In this document: piece by piece, positions 1 to 9,027 of the stretch | Numbering within the stretch: the first letter of the stretch is position 1 | Layout: each line of letters opens with the position of its first letter | From: an uncultured delta proteobacterium | GTDB taxonomy: Bacteria > Desulfobacterota > Binatia > UBA9968 | NCBI GenBank assembly: GCA_963755715.1 | Contig: CAVWLW010000002.1 | Coordinates: 1 to 64,000, forward strand | Direction: 5' to 3' | Length of the DNA stretch: 64,000 nt | Notes under the pieces: generated by a model | What the model was told of the DNA's origin: nothing | Database searches by the model: none | The model's input: the letters and a program-made list of their open reading frames with translations, nothing else | Made by a program: the position numbers and the translations under genes

Positions 1-69
1 CACTGAACAATTCTCGGCTCCAAGCCGAGGGGTTCCGAATTTGTCGAGTGGAAGCCTACTCCGGTTCCC

Positions 70-188
70 GTCATTCCGGCGGAAGCCAGGCCTTATCGTC
101 ACCTGGATACCGTTTTTCAACGGTATGACGGACGCTGTCTGTCACCTGGATGCCGCGTAAGTTTAGTACGCCGAAGGACCGGCATGAC
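70..188. repeat. Degenerate REP-like palindromic units (GTCATTCCGGC...CTGGAT...ATGAC type)
   Basis: GTCATTCCGGCGGAAGCCAGG followed by two CTGGAT(A/G)CCG...CGG(T/C)ATGAC units in non-coding DNA. Confidence 0.5.
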
Positions 189-369
189 AAACTTTCACTT
201 CATCTGAAGGCGGGGGATTTTAACCATCCCCGAGAAAGAAATTAATCGGCGTGAGGCGCGGAATAATTGCGGAATAATTTAAGTTACGATTGAGTGACGA
301 TTCGAGTGAAATACGAACGGCAGTGCTACCCCGCGCAGCAAAGCCGCAACCATACGAAAAGGCGCAAGA

Positions 370-387
370 GGCGACCGGCCGGTCGCC
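370..387. repeat. Perfect 18-bp palindrome, REP-like
   Basis: GGCGACCGGCCGGTCGCC is its own reverse complement; lies downstream of the hydrolase gene. Confidence 0.55.
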
Positions 388-444
388 CTTTGCATTCGAT
401 TTGACGGACACCAGAAAAGGGGGCAAGAAACCCCAGGCGCCTCG

Positions 445-1308
445 CTAGCTCTTCAAAAACGGCACGCCCAGGCGCATCAGGTCGTCGAAGGCATCCCAAT
501 GCACCATGTGCTTGCAGCCATTCACAATGTGAAGGTTGATCTGCGGTTGCTGTTTCTTCAGCAGTTCGGCGCGTTCACCGGCGTGGGCGCGGTCTTCGCG
601 GCCAAAAATCATCAATAGCGGCATCTTCAGTTCGCTGAGCCTCTCCCATATCGGCTTGGACGGTTTCGCCGCTCCGCCTGCGGGAGCTTCCTGATTCTGG
701 CGTTCCTGGTGCGCTTTGAAATTGCGGCCGACCATGCGGCTGTGGCGGATGGCGACATCTTCGTCCGAGATCAAGCTATGATTGAACGTGTCCGCCTGCA
801 GGAGTTTGCGGGCATCTTCCAAGGTGGGTTCCTTTTCCGCCATCTCCTTGTCGACGCGCGCCTGTACCGCTTCGTACCTGCCGACCTGCGCTTCGGTCTG
901 CAGCGGCAGCAGCGAGCCGGTGCCAAGAATGATCACGTGCGAATACCGGCTGGGATCTTCCAGTGCGAGTTGAACCGCGAAGCCGCCCGAGCGCGAATGC
1001 GCGATCAGCGCGGTCTTGCCTAGGCTCGCGGCATCGATGAATTTCGGAATGGAATTGCGTTGCTGCGGTACGCTTTGCTTCGCGGGTATGTCGGAGAGAC
1101 CAAAACCGGGAAGGTCAAAGGCTACCGCGCGAAATCCGGCCTTGGCAAAAGGGCCGAGATTGCGCAAAAACACGTCCGCCGAGCTGCCGAGCGACGCACC
1201 GTGCAAAAACAGCACCGACGGCCCTGAACCTTCTTCGATATAACGAAGCTTCTGTCCATCGACATTAACGAATTTGTTTTCCGGTTTGATTCTTTCCTCG
1301 GTATCCAT
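445..1308 (-). CDS. Alpha/beta fold hydrolase (MhpC/BphD-like)
   Basis: VLFLHG, FDLPGFGLSD, nucleophile elbow AHSRSGG, GREDR, C-terminal catalytic His (CKHMVHWD); RBS GGAG. Confidence 0.9.
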   Translation of the reverse strand: MDTEERIKPENKFVNVDGQKLRYIEEGSGPSVLFLHGASLGSSADVFLRNLGPFAKAGFRAVAFDLPGFGLSDIPAKQSVPQQRNSIPKFIDAASLGKTALIAHSRSGGFAVQLALEDPSRYSHVIILGTGSLLPLQTEAQVGRYEAVQARVDKEMAEKEPTLEDARKLLQADTFNHSLISDEDVAIRHSRMVGRNFKAHQERQNQEAPAGGAAKPSKPIWERLSELKMPLLMIFGREDRAHAGERAELLKKQQPQINLHIVNGCKHMVHWDAFDDLMRLGVPFLKS

Positions 1309-1720
1309 GACATTGTCTCCTATTAAGTTAAAGCAGAATAAAATTCGAATCCGCCTGCGCGTTGCTTGTGGCGGGCGCTTGCCGCGCCACTCAAGTTTAT
1401 GGAAATCTTTATAGAAAATTTAACCAATCTTTGTTTCTGACGGAGCTATAACGCCGAACCGGCGAGGTGTCAATCGTGGTTTTGCTAAAGATTCAGCTCT
1501 ACCATCGTAATTGGCAGTTAGGTGTAGCGCTGAATTTCTGGGGCAAGATTAGGGGGCAGACTCTTGTATCCATCGCGTTTTACTTTGTGAATTTTATCGC
1601 AACTCACGGCGGGCGCGTGCAGATAAGTGTTCATCCCCGGTCGCCGCCGCGTTTTATTGTTTGCGCAATCGAAATTCATTCCGTAGGATATCAACTTATC
1701 TTTTGGATTCGTCTTTCGCT

Positions 1721-2524
1721 ATGTTTGGTTCTGCTCGAAGAGTTGTCGCACTATATTTTGGTTTTCTGCTGGTGCCGACCCTCGCGCCCTCGGCTGATCG
1801 AAATCCGGATAGTATGGTTCGTATCGCGGCAGGTGATTTTTTCATGGGGAGCGATAGCGGGCCGGAGGACGAGCGGCCGCGGCACAAAATTTATCTCGGA
1901 GAATTTTTTATCGATCGCAATCAGATAACCAATGGGCAATTCGCCGAATTTCTCAACGGCATTGGACCTCAAGGCCCGCGCGGGGAAAAATATTACGATG
2001 TAGAGGATGACGATGCTCGCGTGCATCGCCGTGACGGTAAGTGGCGCGCCGACACCGGTCACGAGAATCGCCCGGTCGTGGAAGCGTCGTGGTTCGGTGC
2101 GCTGGCATATTGCGCTCGGCTCGGAAAGCGCCTGCCGACCGAAGCGGAATGGGAGAAAGCCGCGCGCGGCGCCGATGCGCGCAAGTATCCCTGGGGTGAT
2201 GAGCCGCCGGACGGAACTCGCGCTCATTTCAACGCAGGCTGGAATGATTTTCGCGACGTCGGCATTTTTTCCCAAGGCGCGAGCCCGTACGGAGTCCTGG
2301 ACATGGCCGGCAACGGTTGGGAATGGGTGAGCAGCGCGTATCTGCCGTATCCGTACAGCGCGGCCGACGGCCGCGAAGACTTGACACGAGAGCAGGTGCG
2401 CGGCACAAGGGGAGGCGGCCAAGATTCGCGCGCGGAAGAATTGACGACGACGCATCGGGGCCGCCAGCTATCGCGCAACTTTCGCTCGGGGCATCATAAT
2501 ATCGGATTTCGTTGCGCCCGCTAG
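1721..2524 (+). CDS. Secreted formylglycine-generating enzyme (SUMF1/FGE-sulfatase) domain protein
   Basis: FFMGSD..EDERPRH, RLPTEAEWEKAARG, YPWG, SPYGVLDMAGNGWEW, IGFRCAR; N-terminal signal peptide; start placed at ATG 1721. Confidence 0.9.
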   Translation: MFGSARRVVALYFGFLLVPTLAPSADRNPDSMVRIAAGDFFMGSDSGPEDERPRHKIYLGEFFIDRNQITNGQFAEFLNGIGPQGPRGEKYYDVEDDDARVHRRDGKWRADTGHENRPVVEASWFGALAYCARLGKRLPTEAEWEKAARGADARKYPWGDEPPDGTRAHFNAGWNDFRDVGIFSQGASPYGVLDMAGNGWEWVSSAYLPYPYSAADGREDLTREQVRGTRGGGQDSRAEELTTTHRGRQLSRNFRSGHHNIGFRCAR

Positions 2525-2546
2525 AAATTTCTAACCGCTGCACTTA

Positions 2547-3191
2547 ATGACGATCTATCTCTTCATCGAGGGAATCTTAATCGGGCTGGTCGTTGCGGTG
2601 CCCGTCGGACCGCTCGGATTGTTGTGCATCAATCGCGCCTTGATGCTCGGACCGGTGTGTGGTTTTTTTTCCGGTTTGGGCGTAGCGACGGCCGACGCTC
2701 TGGCGGCGGGGATCGCCGCGCTCAGCATTTCTTTAATCTCGGGACTCTTCGTCGAGCATCAACTGGCGCTGCGCTTGGTCGGCGGTATATTTCTTTGTTT
2801 TCTGGGGTGCAAAATTTACCGTAGCGAACCGGCGTCGCAGGCGCCGGTGAATAACGTTAACGGGCTGCTGAGCGCTTACGTGACGACGTTTTTGCTGGCC
2901 TTCTCGAATCCCCTGACAATTCTCTCTTTCGTCGCGATTTACGCCGGGTGGCACGTGCCGAGCCTGGACGGGCGTTACGTCGCTGCGGCGATCCTTACCG
3001 GCGGTGTATTCACCGGTTCCGCTTTATGGTGGGTCGGATTGTTTATCGCGCTGACGACGTTTCACAATAAACTTAATCTGCGCTTTCTCCTCTGGGTGCA
3101 TCGCGTCTCCGGCGCCATCATCGCCGGCTTCGGCGTCGTGGTGCTCTTGAGCTTGACACCTTTAAGGCAAGCGCTGGGGGTGCAATTTTGA
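2547..3191 (+). CDS. LysE/RhtB family translocator
   Basis: VPVGPLGLLCINRAL, GLGVATADA, FSNPLTILSF; multiple hydrophobic helices. Confidence 0.9.
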   Translation: MTIYLFIEGILIGLVVAVPVGPLGLLCINRALMLGPVCGFFSGLGVATADALAAGIAALSISLISGLFVEHQLALRLVGGIFLCFLGCKIYRSEPASQAPVNNVNGLLSAYVTTFLLAFSNPLTILSFVAIYAGWHVPSLDGRYVAAAILTGGVFTGSALWWVGLFIALTTFHNKLNLRFLLWVHRVSGAIIAGFGVVVLLSLTPLRQALGVQF

Positions 3192-4165
3192 CCGCGCCGC
3201 CAACATCCATCGCCGATGTCAATCGCAGGGGCAGGATCCCCAGCGTAATCAACGTTGGTCTTGCGGGCTTTTACATGGCGTTGAATCTCTACCAATTTTT
3301 CATTCTGCCGTTCTGGTTGTTGCCGAAGAATCGCGCTTGGGCATGGACGCTTTTACCCGCGGCGCTTTTGACAAATCCGTTTTGGAGTCTGATTCACGAG
3401 GCCATTCACGATCTGTTTCATCCGCGCCGCCCAGTGAATGTTGTTTTCGGCCGTGTTCTCGCTATGCTGTTCGGCTCGCCGTTTCGCATTTTACGGATGA
3501 GCCATTTACTGCACCATAAACTGAACCGCTCGCCGGTCGAGGGCACGGAGTACTACGATCGCGCTAAGAGCACGCGTGGCGCCGCCGCGCCGGGTTATTA
3601 CTTCCAGATTTTTCTCGGGCTTTACCTGGTCGAGATTCTCAGTCCGATTTTTTTTCTGTTGCCGCGCCGCTTGCTCCGGGGATTTAAAAATCGCTATATC
3701 GCCGCCACTAGCGTGAGTGCGCTGCTGCTGGAAAATTGGCTCGGCCGAGAGGCGCTGCGCGAGATCCGGCTCGACGGCGCGGCAACGCTGGCGTTGCTCG
3801 CGCTGGCGTTTTACGGCTACGGCGCGCACTGGCCGCTGCTTTTCTTGGCATTGCTCGCGCGTGGTTTTCTGATCTCGTTTCTCGATAATGTTTATCATTA
3901 CGAAACCCCGGTGAGCGACGTTTTTTACGCCAAGAATCTACGGCTTGCGGCGCCGTTAGCTAAACTACTTTTGAATTTCAATTTTCACGGCATCCATCAC
4001 GTGAACCCGGCGATTCCGTGGCTCCATCTGCCGCGCGCGTTCGAGGCTCAGGCGGGCCGCTATTACGGCGGCTACTTTGCCGCCGCGCTGCGCCAACTGC
4101 GCGGCCCCATCGCCCTCCAGGATTTGCCCCACGGCGCGGCAGCGGCGCGGATTCGCCCTGCCTAA
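3188..4165 (+). CDS. Membrane fatty acid desaturase family protein
   Basis: Three His boxes HEAIH, HLLHH, HGIHH; transmembrane segments; overlaps the LysE stop codon. Confidence 0.85.
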   Translation: MTAPPTSIADVNRRGRIPSVINVGLAGFYMALNLYQFFILPFWLLPKNRAWAWTLLPAALLTNPFWSLIHEAIHDLFHPRRPVNVVFGRVLAMLFGSPFRILRMSHLLHHKLNRSPVEGTEYYDRAKSTRGAAAPGYYFQIFLGLYLVEILSPIFFLLPRRLLRGFKNRYIAATSVSALLLENWLGREALREIRLDGAATLALLALAFYGYGAHWPLLFLALLARGFLISFLDNVYHYETPVSDVFYAKNLRLAAPLAKLLLNFNFHGIHHVNPAIPWLHLPRAFEAQAGRYYGGYFAAALRQLRGPIALQDLPHGAAAARIRPA

Positions 4166-5190
4166 CTTTCTTTTTTGAACAGCAGGACGGAAAACCATTC
4201 GCGCGGGTCGGTGAAGTGCTCGACCGCGCCGAGGTCAAAGAAGCGGAGCTGCTCTTGCAGGCGGAGCGGATCGAATTTGCGGCTGATCTCGACGAGAATC
4301 TTTTCGTCTTTTTGCCATTGGAAAGCGGCGTCGATGTCGGCGAAGCGAATATCTTGCCGAGCGCGGGCGACGGCATACATTTCGATCCGTTGCCATTCGG
4401 GATTGTACCGGGAGTCGTAACGCATGTTGTCGCGCGCGAAATTGCCGTGCAGCAATCGATTGATATGATCGAACACATTGAGAATGAACTCAGCGGTAAC
4501 ACCGCGGCTGTCGTTGTAGGCATCTTCCAGGACTTTCACGTCCTTGACTCGATCGGCGCCGAGCAAGAGGAAATCGCCGGGTCCCATCGCCGCTGAAAGG
4601 GCCCGAAAGAAGCGCGGAAAGTCGCTGTGATTAAAGTTACCGATGGTGCTGCCCAAAAAGACGAACAGGGTCGGCAAGTTTTTATCGATGGCGCTGAAGC
4701 CTTCTTCGTAGCGCGCATGCAAACCATGAAATTGAATTTCCGGGAAGGCGGAGCGGACGGCAGCGCGCGACGCGCGCAAGCCGGCGGCGCTCACGTCGAT
4801 CGGCGCGAAGATACTCGAGCCGCGTTGGCGGAGTTGTTCGGTCAACAAATGGACGGTTTTCTTGCTGTAGCCGGCGCCCAGTTCGACGATGCAGCGCACG
4901 GGCGCGCGGGCGATGATGTCGCGCGCGTGCGTTTCGAGAATAGCGTTTTCCGTGCGCGTCAGATAATACTCGGGCAGATCGCAGATTTGCTCGAAAAGCT
5001 CGGAGCCGCGCTGATCGTAAAGGTGATAGGCTTCCAACCAGCGCGGTTGATCCCACAAGGTCGTCAAGATCGATTGGGTGGGGACTGCGTCCAAGTCGGC
5101 GCCTTGAATCGACCAGATCTCCGGCTCGAGCGCGCGCCAATGAGCGCGCTTTTCGGCGGCAAAGATGGTTGGTGTTTTTTCTTGTGTCAT
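4162..5190 (-). CDS. egtD: L-histidine N-alpha-methyltransferase-like protein (EgtD / Methyltransf_33)
   Basis: LYDQRGSELFEQICDLPEYYLTRTE, VELGAG..KKT, FLGSTIGN, AYND..GVTAEF, RIEM, EISRKF; start may extend to 5349. Confidence 0.85.
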   Translation of the reverse strand: MTQEKTPTIFAAEKRAHWRALEPEIWSIQGADLDAVPTQSILTTLWDQPRWLEAYHLYDQRGSELFEQICDLPEYYLTRTENAILETHARDIIARAPVRCIVELGAGYSKKTVHLLTEQLRQRGSSIFAPIDVSAAGLRASRAAVRSAFPEIQFHGLHARYEEGFSAIDKNLPTLFVFLGSTIGNFNHSDFPRFFRALSAAMGPGDFLLLGADRVKDVKVLEDAYNDSRGVTAEFILNVFDHINRLLHGNFARDNMRYDSRYNPEWQRIEMYAVARARQDIRFADIDAAFQWQKDEKILVEISRKFDPLRLQEQLRFFDLGAVEHFTDPREWFSVLLFKKES

Positions 5191-5411
5191 TGCTTGAGGA
5201 ACTATAAAAGAAAATCTTACCGGAATCGACCCGTTAGCCTCTTCGGGGATGATCGAACGCTCGCATTGTATCCAGTTCGGCTCGCCAGCAAAAATGGGAT
5301 AAAGATGAATCCCGCGAAGGCGGGCGGGAATGCGGGATTTTGACGGCATTAGGAATCACCGATATGCAATGAATCGTGCCCATGGGAAATTAGATCAAGA
5401 AAAAAACGACG

Positions 5412-6179
5412 ATGAGCGACCTTCAGAAAGCCATTGAATTTAGCGATGTCAGCTTTACCTTGCCGGACGGCAAGACGCTGCTGTCGGACTTAAATCTGAG
5501 CGTTGACCAGGGTGAGACGTTAGTGCTCCTTGGGCGCAGCGGCTCCGGCAAAACGACGACGATGAAGCTGATCAATCGGCTCATCGATCCGACCGCGGGC
5601 ACCGTGCAAGTGGAGGGAAAGCGGACGGTCGACTGGGACCCGATCCGGCTGCGCCGGCGCATCGGTTACGTGATCCAAGAGATCGGCTTGTTCCCGCACC
5701 TGACGGTGGAAGAAAATATCGGCGTCGTGCCGCGTTTGGAGAATTGGCCGGCTGAGCGAATTAAAGAGCGAGCCCGCGCGTTGTTGACCTTGGTGGGACT
5801 CGACGCCGATCGTTTCGCGGCGCGATTCCCGCGCGAACTATCCGGGGGGCAACGCCAGCGCATCGGCGTGGCGCGGGCGCTCGCCGCCGATCCACCGGTG
5901 ATCCTGCTCGACGAGCCTTTCGGCGCCCTCGATCCGATCACCCGGCGCGAGATTCAACGGGAGTTCAAGACGCTCCAGCAGGAATTAAAAAAGACGATGA
6001 TTTTCGTCACCCACGATATTGCCGAAGCCTTCGTGCTCGGCACGCGCATCGCTTTGCTCAAAGACGGCCAACTGATTCTATTGGATGAGCCGCAAGCCTT
6101 GCTTCATTCGCAACATCCCGAAGCGCGCGCTTTTGCCGAGTGTTTCAACGACGCGCAGGGCAGTGGGAGTCGCGCGTGA
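5412..6179 (+). CDS. ABC transporter ATPase, OpuCA/EgtV-like (quaternary amine uptake)
   Basis: Walker A GRSGSGKT, LRRRIGYVIQEIGLFPH, LSGGQRQR, LLDEPFGALDPI. Confidence 0.9.
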   Translation: MSDLQKAIEFSDVSFTLPDGKTLLSDLNLSVDQGETLVLLGRSGSGKTTTMKLINRLIDPTAGTVQVEGKRTVDWDPIRLRRRIGYVIQEIGLFPHLTVEENIGVVPRLENWPAERIKERARALLTLVGLDADRFAARFPRELSGGQRQRIGVARALAADPPVILLDEPFGALDPITRREIQREFKTLQQELKKTMIFVTHDIAEAFVLGTRIALLKDGQLILLDEPQALLHSQHPEARAFAECFNDAQGSGSRA

Positions 6180-7735
6180 GTTTAATCGAGTTCTTTTCGC
6201 ACAATACGCGCGAGCTGCTAGCGCTGACTTTTGAGCATTTATTTCTCGTCGCAGTTTCTACCGGCATCGCGATTCTGATCGGCGTGCCCCTCGGCATCCT
6301 TTTGACTCGCAAGCCGGGCCTCAGTAAGCCAGTGCTCGGTTTCGCCAACATCATGCAGACCGTGCCGAGCCTCGCGCTGTTCGGATTTTTGATTCCGCTC
6401 AATATTTATCTGTTTCACGTCAAGATCGTCGGCGGCATCGGCGCGCGGACGGCGATCGTGGCATTGGTGTTGTACGCGCTCTTGCCGATTATTCGCAATA
6501 CTTTTACCGGCATCAGCAACGTCGATCCGGCAATCCGCGACGCCGGCCGCGGCATGGGCATGACCGACCGACAGTTGTTGCTTCAAGTCGAGCTGCCGCT
6601 CGCCCTGGGTGTGATCATCGCCGGGGTGCGCGTCGCCACGGTGATTTGTGTCGGCACCGCGACGATTGCGGCGGCGATCGACGCCGGCGGGCTGGGACGC
6701 TATATCTTTCGCGGCTTGCGCGCCAACGACAATACACTGATCCTGGCCGGCGCGGTGCCGGCGGCGTTGATCGCCATGGGCGCGGATCTGGCGCTCGGCT
6801 ACATTGAGCGCACGATTCAATTCGGCAAAACGATCGGCGCAAAGTCGAAAAAATTTCTCTGGTCTGGCGTCATCGCCGTCCTAGGGGGCATCATCGTGGC
6901 GTATTTCATCGCCGGTAAGGGCGCCGGTGCAATCGCGGTGGGCTCGAAGGATTTTACCGAGCAGGTGATTCTCGGCGAGATTCTCGCGCAAGCGATCGAA
7001 GGAAAGACCAGTCTCCAGGTTGTGCGCCGCTTCGATTTGGGCGGCAACCTGGCGCACGAAGCGCTGGCCGCGGGGGAGATCGATGTTTACGTCGAATACA
7101 CCGGCACGGCGCTGTTAGCGATCTTAAAAAACCCGCCGGTCACCGACCCGCAGGAAGTCTTGCGTCGGGTTAAAGCCGAATACGCGCGCCGGTTCAAGCT
7201 GGAATGGACCGAGCCGCTCGGCTTCAATAATACGTTTGCGATTCTGGTGCGCGCCGACGACGCGCGGCGGTTGAACTTAAAAAGGATCACCGATGCGGCA
7301 AGAGTATCGGCTCAATGGCGCGCCGGTTTCGGCCAGGATTTCATGTCGCGGGCGGACGGTTATCCCGGCTTCGCGCAAACCTACGGTTTTCATTTCCAGG
7401 AAATCCGCGAGATGGATCTTTCGTTGACCTATCGCGCGCTGGCGGAGAAGCAGGTCGATCTGATCGCCGGTAATTCCACCGACGGTTTGATTTCGCGCTA
7501 TGGCTTGATGCAATTGGAAGATGATCGCCACTACTTTCCACCCTATGACGGGGTGCCGGTGGCGCGCCAAGATACACTGGAGAAGCATCCAGAGGTCCGG
7601 CGCGTGCTGCAACAGCTTAGCGGTATCCTGACGGTCGACGAGATGAGAAAACTCAATTACGCCGTCGACGGCGAAAAGCGCCAGCCGCGCGAGGTGGCGC
7701 GAGAATTCCTCAAACTAAAAAATATCATCCAGTGA
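6176..7735 (+). CDS. Fused ABC permease and substrate-binding protein, OpuCB/CC / EgtU-like
   Basis: N-terminal permease (QTVPSLALFG, DAGRGMGMT, GGLG); C-terminal OpuAC-type domain (GSKDFTEQ, EYTGT, GFNNTF, R.DG, FPPY); GTGA overlap with the ATPase. Confidence 0.9.
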   Translation: MSLIEFFSHNTRELLALTFEHLFLVAVSTGIAILIGVPLGILLTRKPGLSKPVLGFANIMQTVPSLALFGFLIPLNIYLFHVKIVGGIGARTAIVALVLYALLPIIRNTFTGISNVDPAIRDAGRGMGMTDRQLLLQVELPLALGVIIAGVRVATVICVGTATIAAAIDAGGLGRYIFRGLRANDNTLILAGAVPAALIAMGADLALGYIERTIQFGKTIGAKSKKFLWSGVIAVLGGIIVAYFIAGKGAGAIAVGSKDFTEQVILGEILAQAIEGKTSLQVVRRFDLGGNLAHEALAAGEIDVYVEYTGTALLAILKNPPVTDPQEVLRRVKAEYARRFKLEWTEPLGFNNTFAILVRADDARRLNLKRITDAARVSAQWRAGFGQDFMSRADGYPGFAQTYGFHFQEIREMDLSLTYRALAEKQVDLIAGNSTDGLISRYGLMQLEDDRHYFPPYDGVPVARQDTLEKHPEVRRVLQQLSGILTVDEMRKLNYAVDGEKRQPREVAREFLKLKNIIQ

Positions 7736-7772
7736 TGCAGGTGCCACGACGGACTTCCTGAGAAAGCAGAGA

Positions 7773-9026
7773 TTGAAGTTGAAAATCTTTCGCAGCGGCG
7801 GCGCGTTTCGCGCTTTGAGCTACCCTGATTATTTTTGGTTCTGGTCGAGCTATTTCGTTTCCAATGTTGGTTCGTGGATGCAGGGCATCGCGCAAGGCTG
7901 GCTGCTGTTCGAATTGACTTCTTCGCCGTTATACCTCGGCCTGTTCAGTTCACTGCGCATGGTGATGCTGGTAAGTTTCTTCATTCTCGGCGGCATCATG
8001 TCGGACCGTCTCGACCGACGCAAGGTCATCCTCTGGATTCAAGTCGTATCGGCGCTCACTGCGCTCGGTTTGGCGCTGTTGGTGACGACCCATACCATTC
8101 AAGTCTGGCACATCTTCGTGCTCGGCGCGATCACGTCGACCAGTTGGGCCTTCGAACAGCCGGTGCGCCAGTCGCTGCTTCCTCAGCTCGTTTCGCGCGC
8201 CGATCTGGTTAATGCGCTGGCCTTGAATGCCATCACCTGGAATGGCGCCGGATTGCTCGGCCCAAGCCTGGTGGGTCTGTCCGTTCCTTACATCGGTGTC
8301 GACGGTTGTTTCTACGTCAACGTGATCAGCTATCTGGCGGTCATCGGTGCCGTGTTGCGCATGAACGTGCCGCCGCTCGATCTTGGCAAGGGGCGCTCCA
8401 GCGTCATTCAAAGCCTGCGCGACGCCTTTAGCTATGTTCGGGGGGAAACGGTCATCATGACGTTTCTCATCGTTTCGGCGATCTTTAATATTTTCGGCCG
8501 CTCCTATGTGACGCTCTTGCCGGTGTTCGCCAAAGACGTCTTGCGGCTGGGCGCTTCGGGATTCGGATTTATTTCCGCCGGGCCTGGCCTTGGCACCATC
8601 ATCGGTTCTTTTACGTTGGCAAGCCTCGGCCGTGTTGAGGCGAAACCCAATCGCATGGTGGCAATCCTCTTCGCTTTCTGCGCCTGTCTTTTCGCGTTTG
8701 CCGTAAGCGTCGACGCGCGCTTGGCGTTCGGCTTTCTCGTGCTCGGCGGCGCCTTGAGCACGGTTTTCGAGACGCTGCTGAGTACTTCGATCCAACTGCG
8801 TGTCGAGGAAGCTTTTCGCGGCCGTGTCTCCGGCTTTTACGGTTTGACGGGCGGAGGTTTGCGCGAGTTCGGTGGCATGCAAGCGGGTTTTATTGCCGAA
8901 TGGACGAGTGCGCCTTTTGCGATCGCGGCCGGCACGGTAGTGCTGGTCATCGTCGGTTACCAATTTCTCGGTTCTCGGCTCAAAAAAGTCGGGCGTCTAG
9001 AGAGAAGTCTTTCCGCTGAAGAATAA
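7773..9026 (+). CDS. MFS transporter (MFS_3/DUF894-like)
   Basis: VSNVGSWMQGIAQGWL, GGIMSDRLDRR, RGRV; about 12 transmembrane helices. Confidence 0.9.
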   Translation: MKLKIFRSGGAFRALSYPDYFWFWSSYFVSNVGSWMQGIAQGWLLFELTSSPLYLGLFSSLRMVMLVSFFILGGIMSDRLDRRKVILWIQVVSALTALGLALLVTTHTIQVWHIFVLGAITSTSWAFEQPVRQSLLPQLVSRADLVNALALNAITWNGAGLLGPSLVGLSVPYIGVDGCFYVNVISYLAVIGAVLRMNVPPLDLGKGRSSVIQSLRDAFSYVRGETVIMTFLIVSAIFNIFGRSYVTLLPVFAKDVLRLGASGFGFISAGPGLGTIIGSFTLASLGRVEAKPNRMVAILFAFCACLFAFAVSVDARLAFGFLVLGGALSTVFETLLSTSIQLRVEEAFRGRVSGFYGLTGGGLREFGGMQAGFIAEWTSAPFAIAAGTVVLVIVGYQFLGSRLKKVGRLERSLSAEE

Positions 9027-9027
9027 C

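Noticed and set aside
1721-2524. Calling the FGE protein EgtB
   Set aside because: No N-terminal DinB-like domain with HxxxHxE, and it has a signal peptide
5366-5382. Sigma-54-like GGCACGATTCATTGC upstream of egtD
   Set aside because: Spacing is GG-N11-GC, one base too long; could be an indel error but cannot be supported
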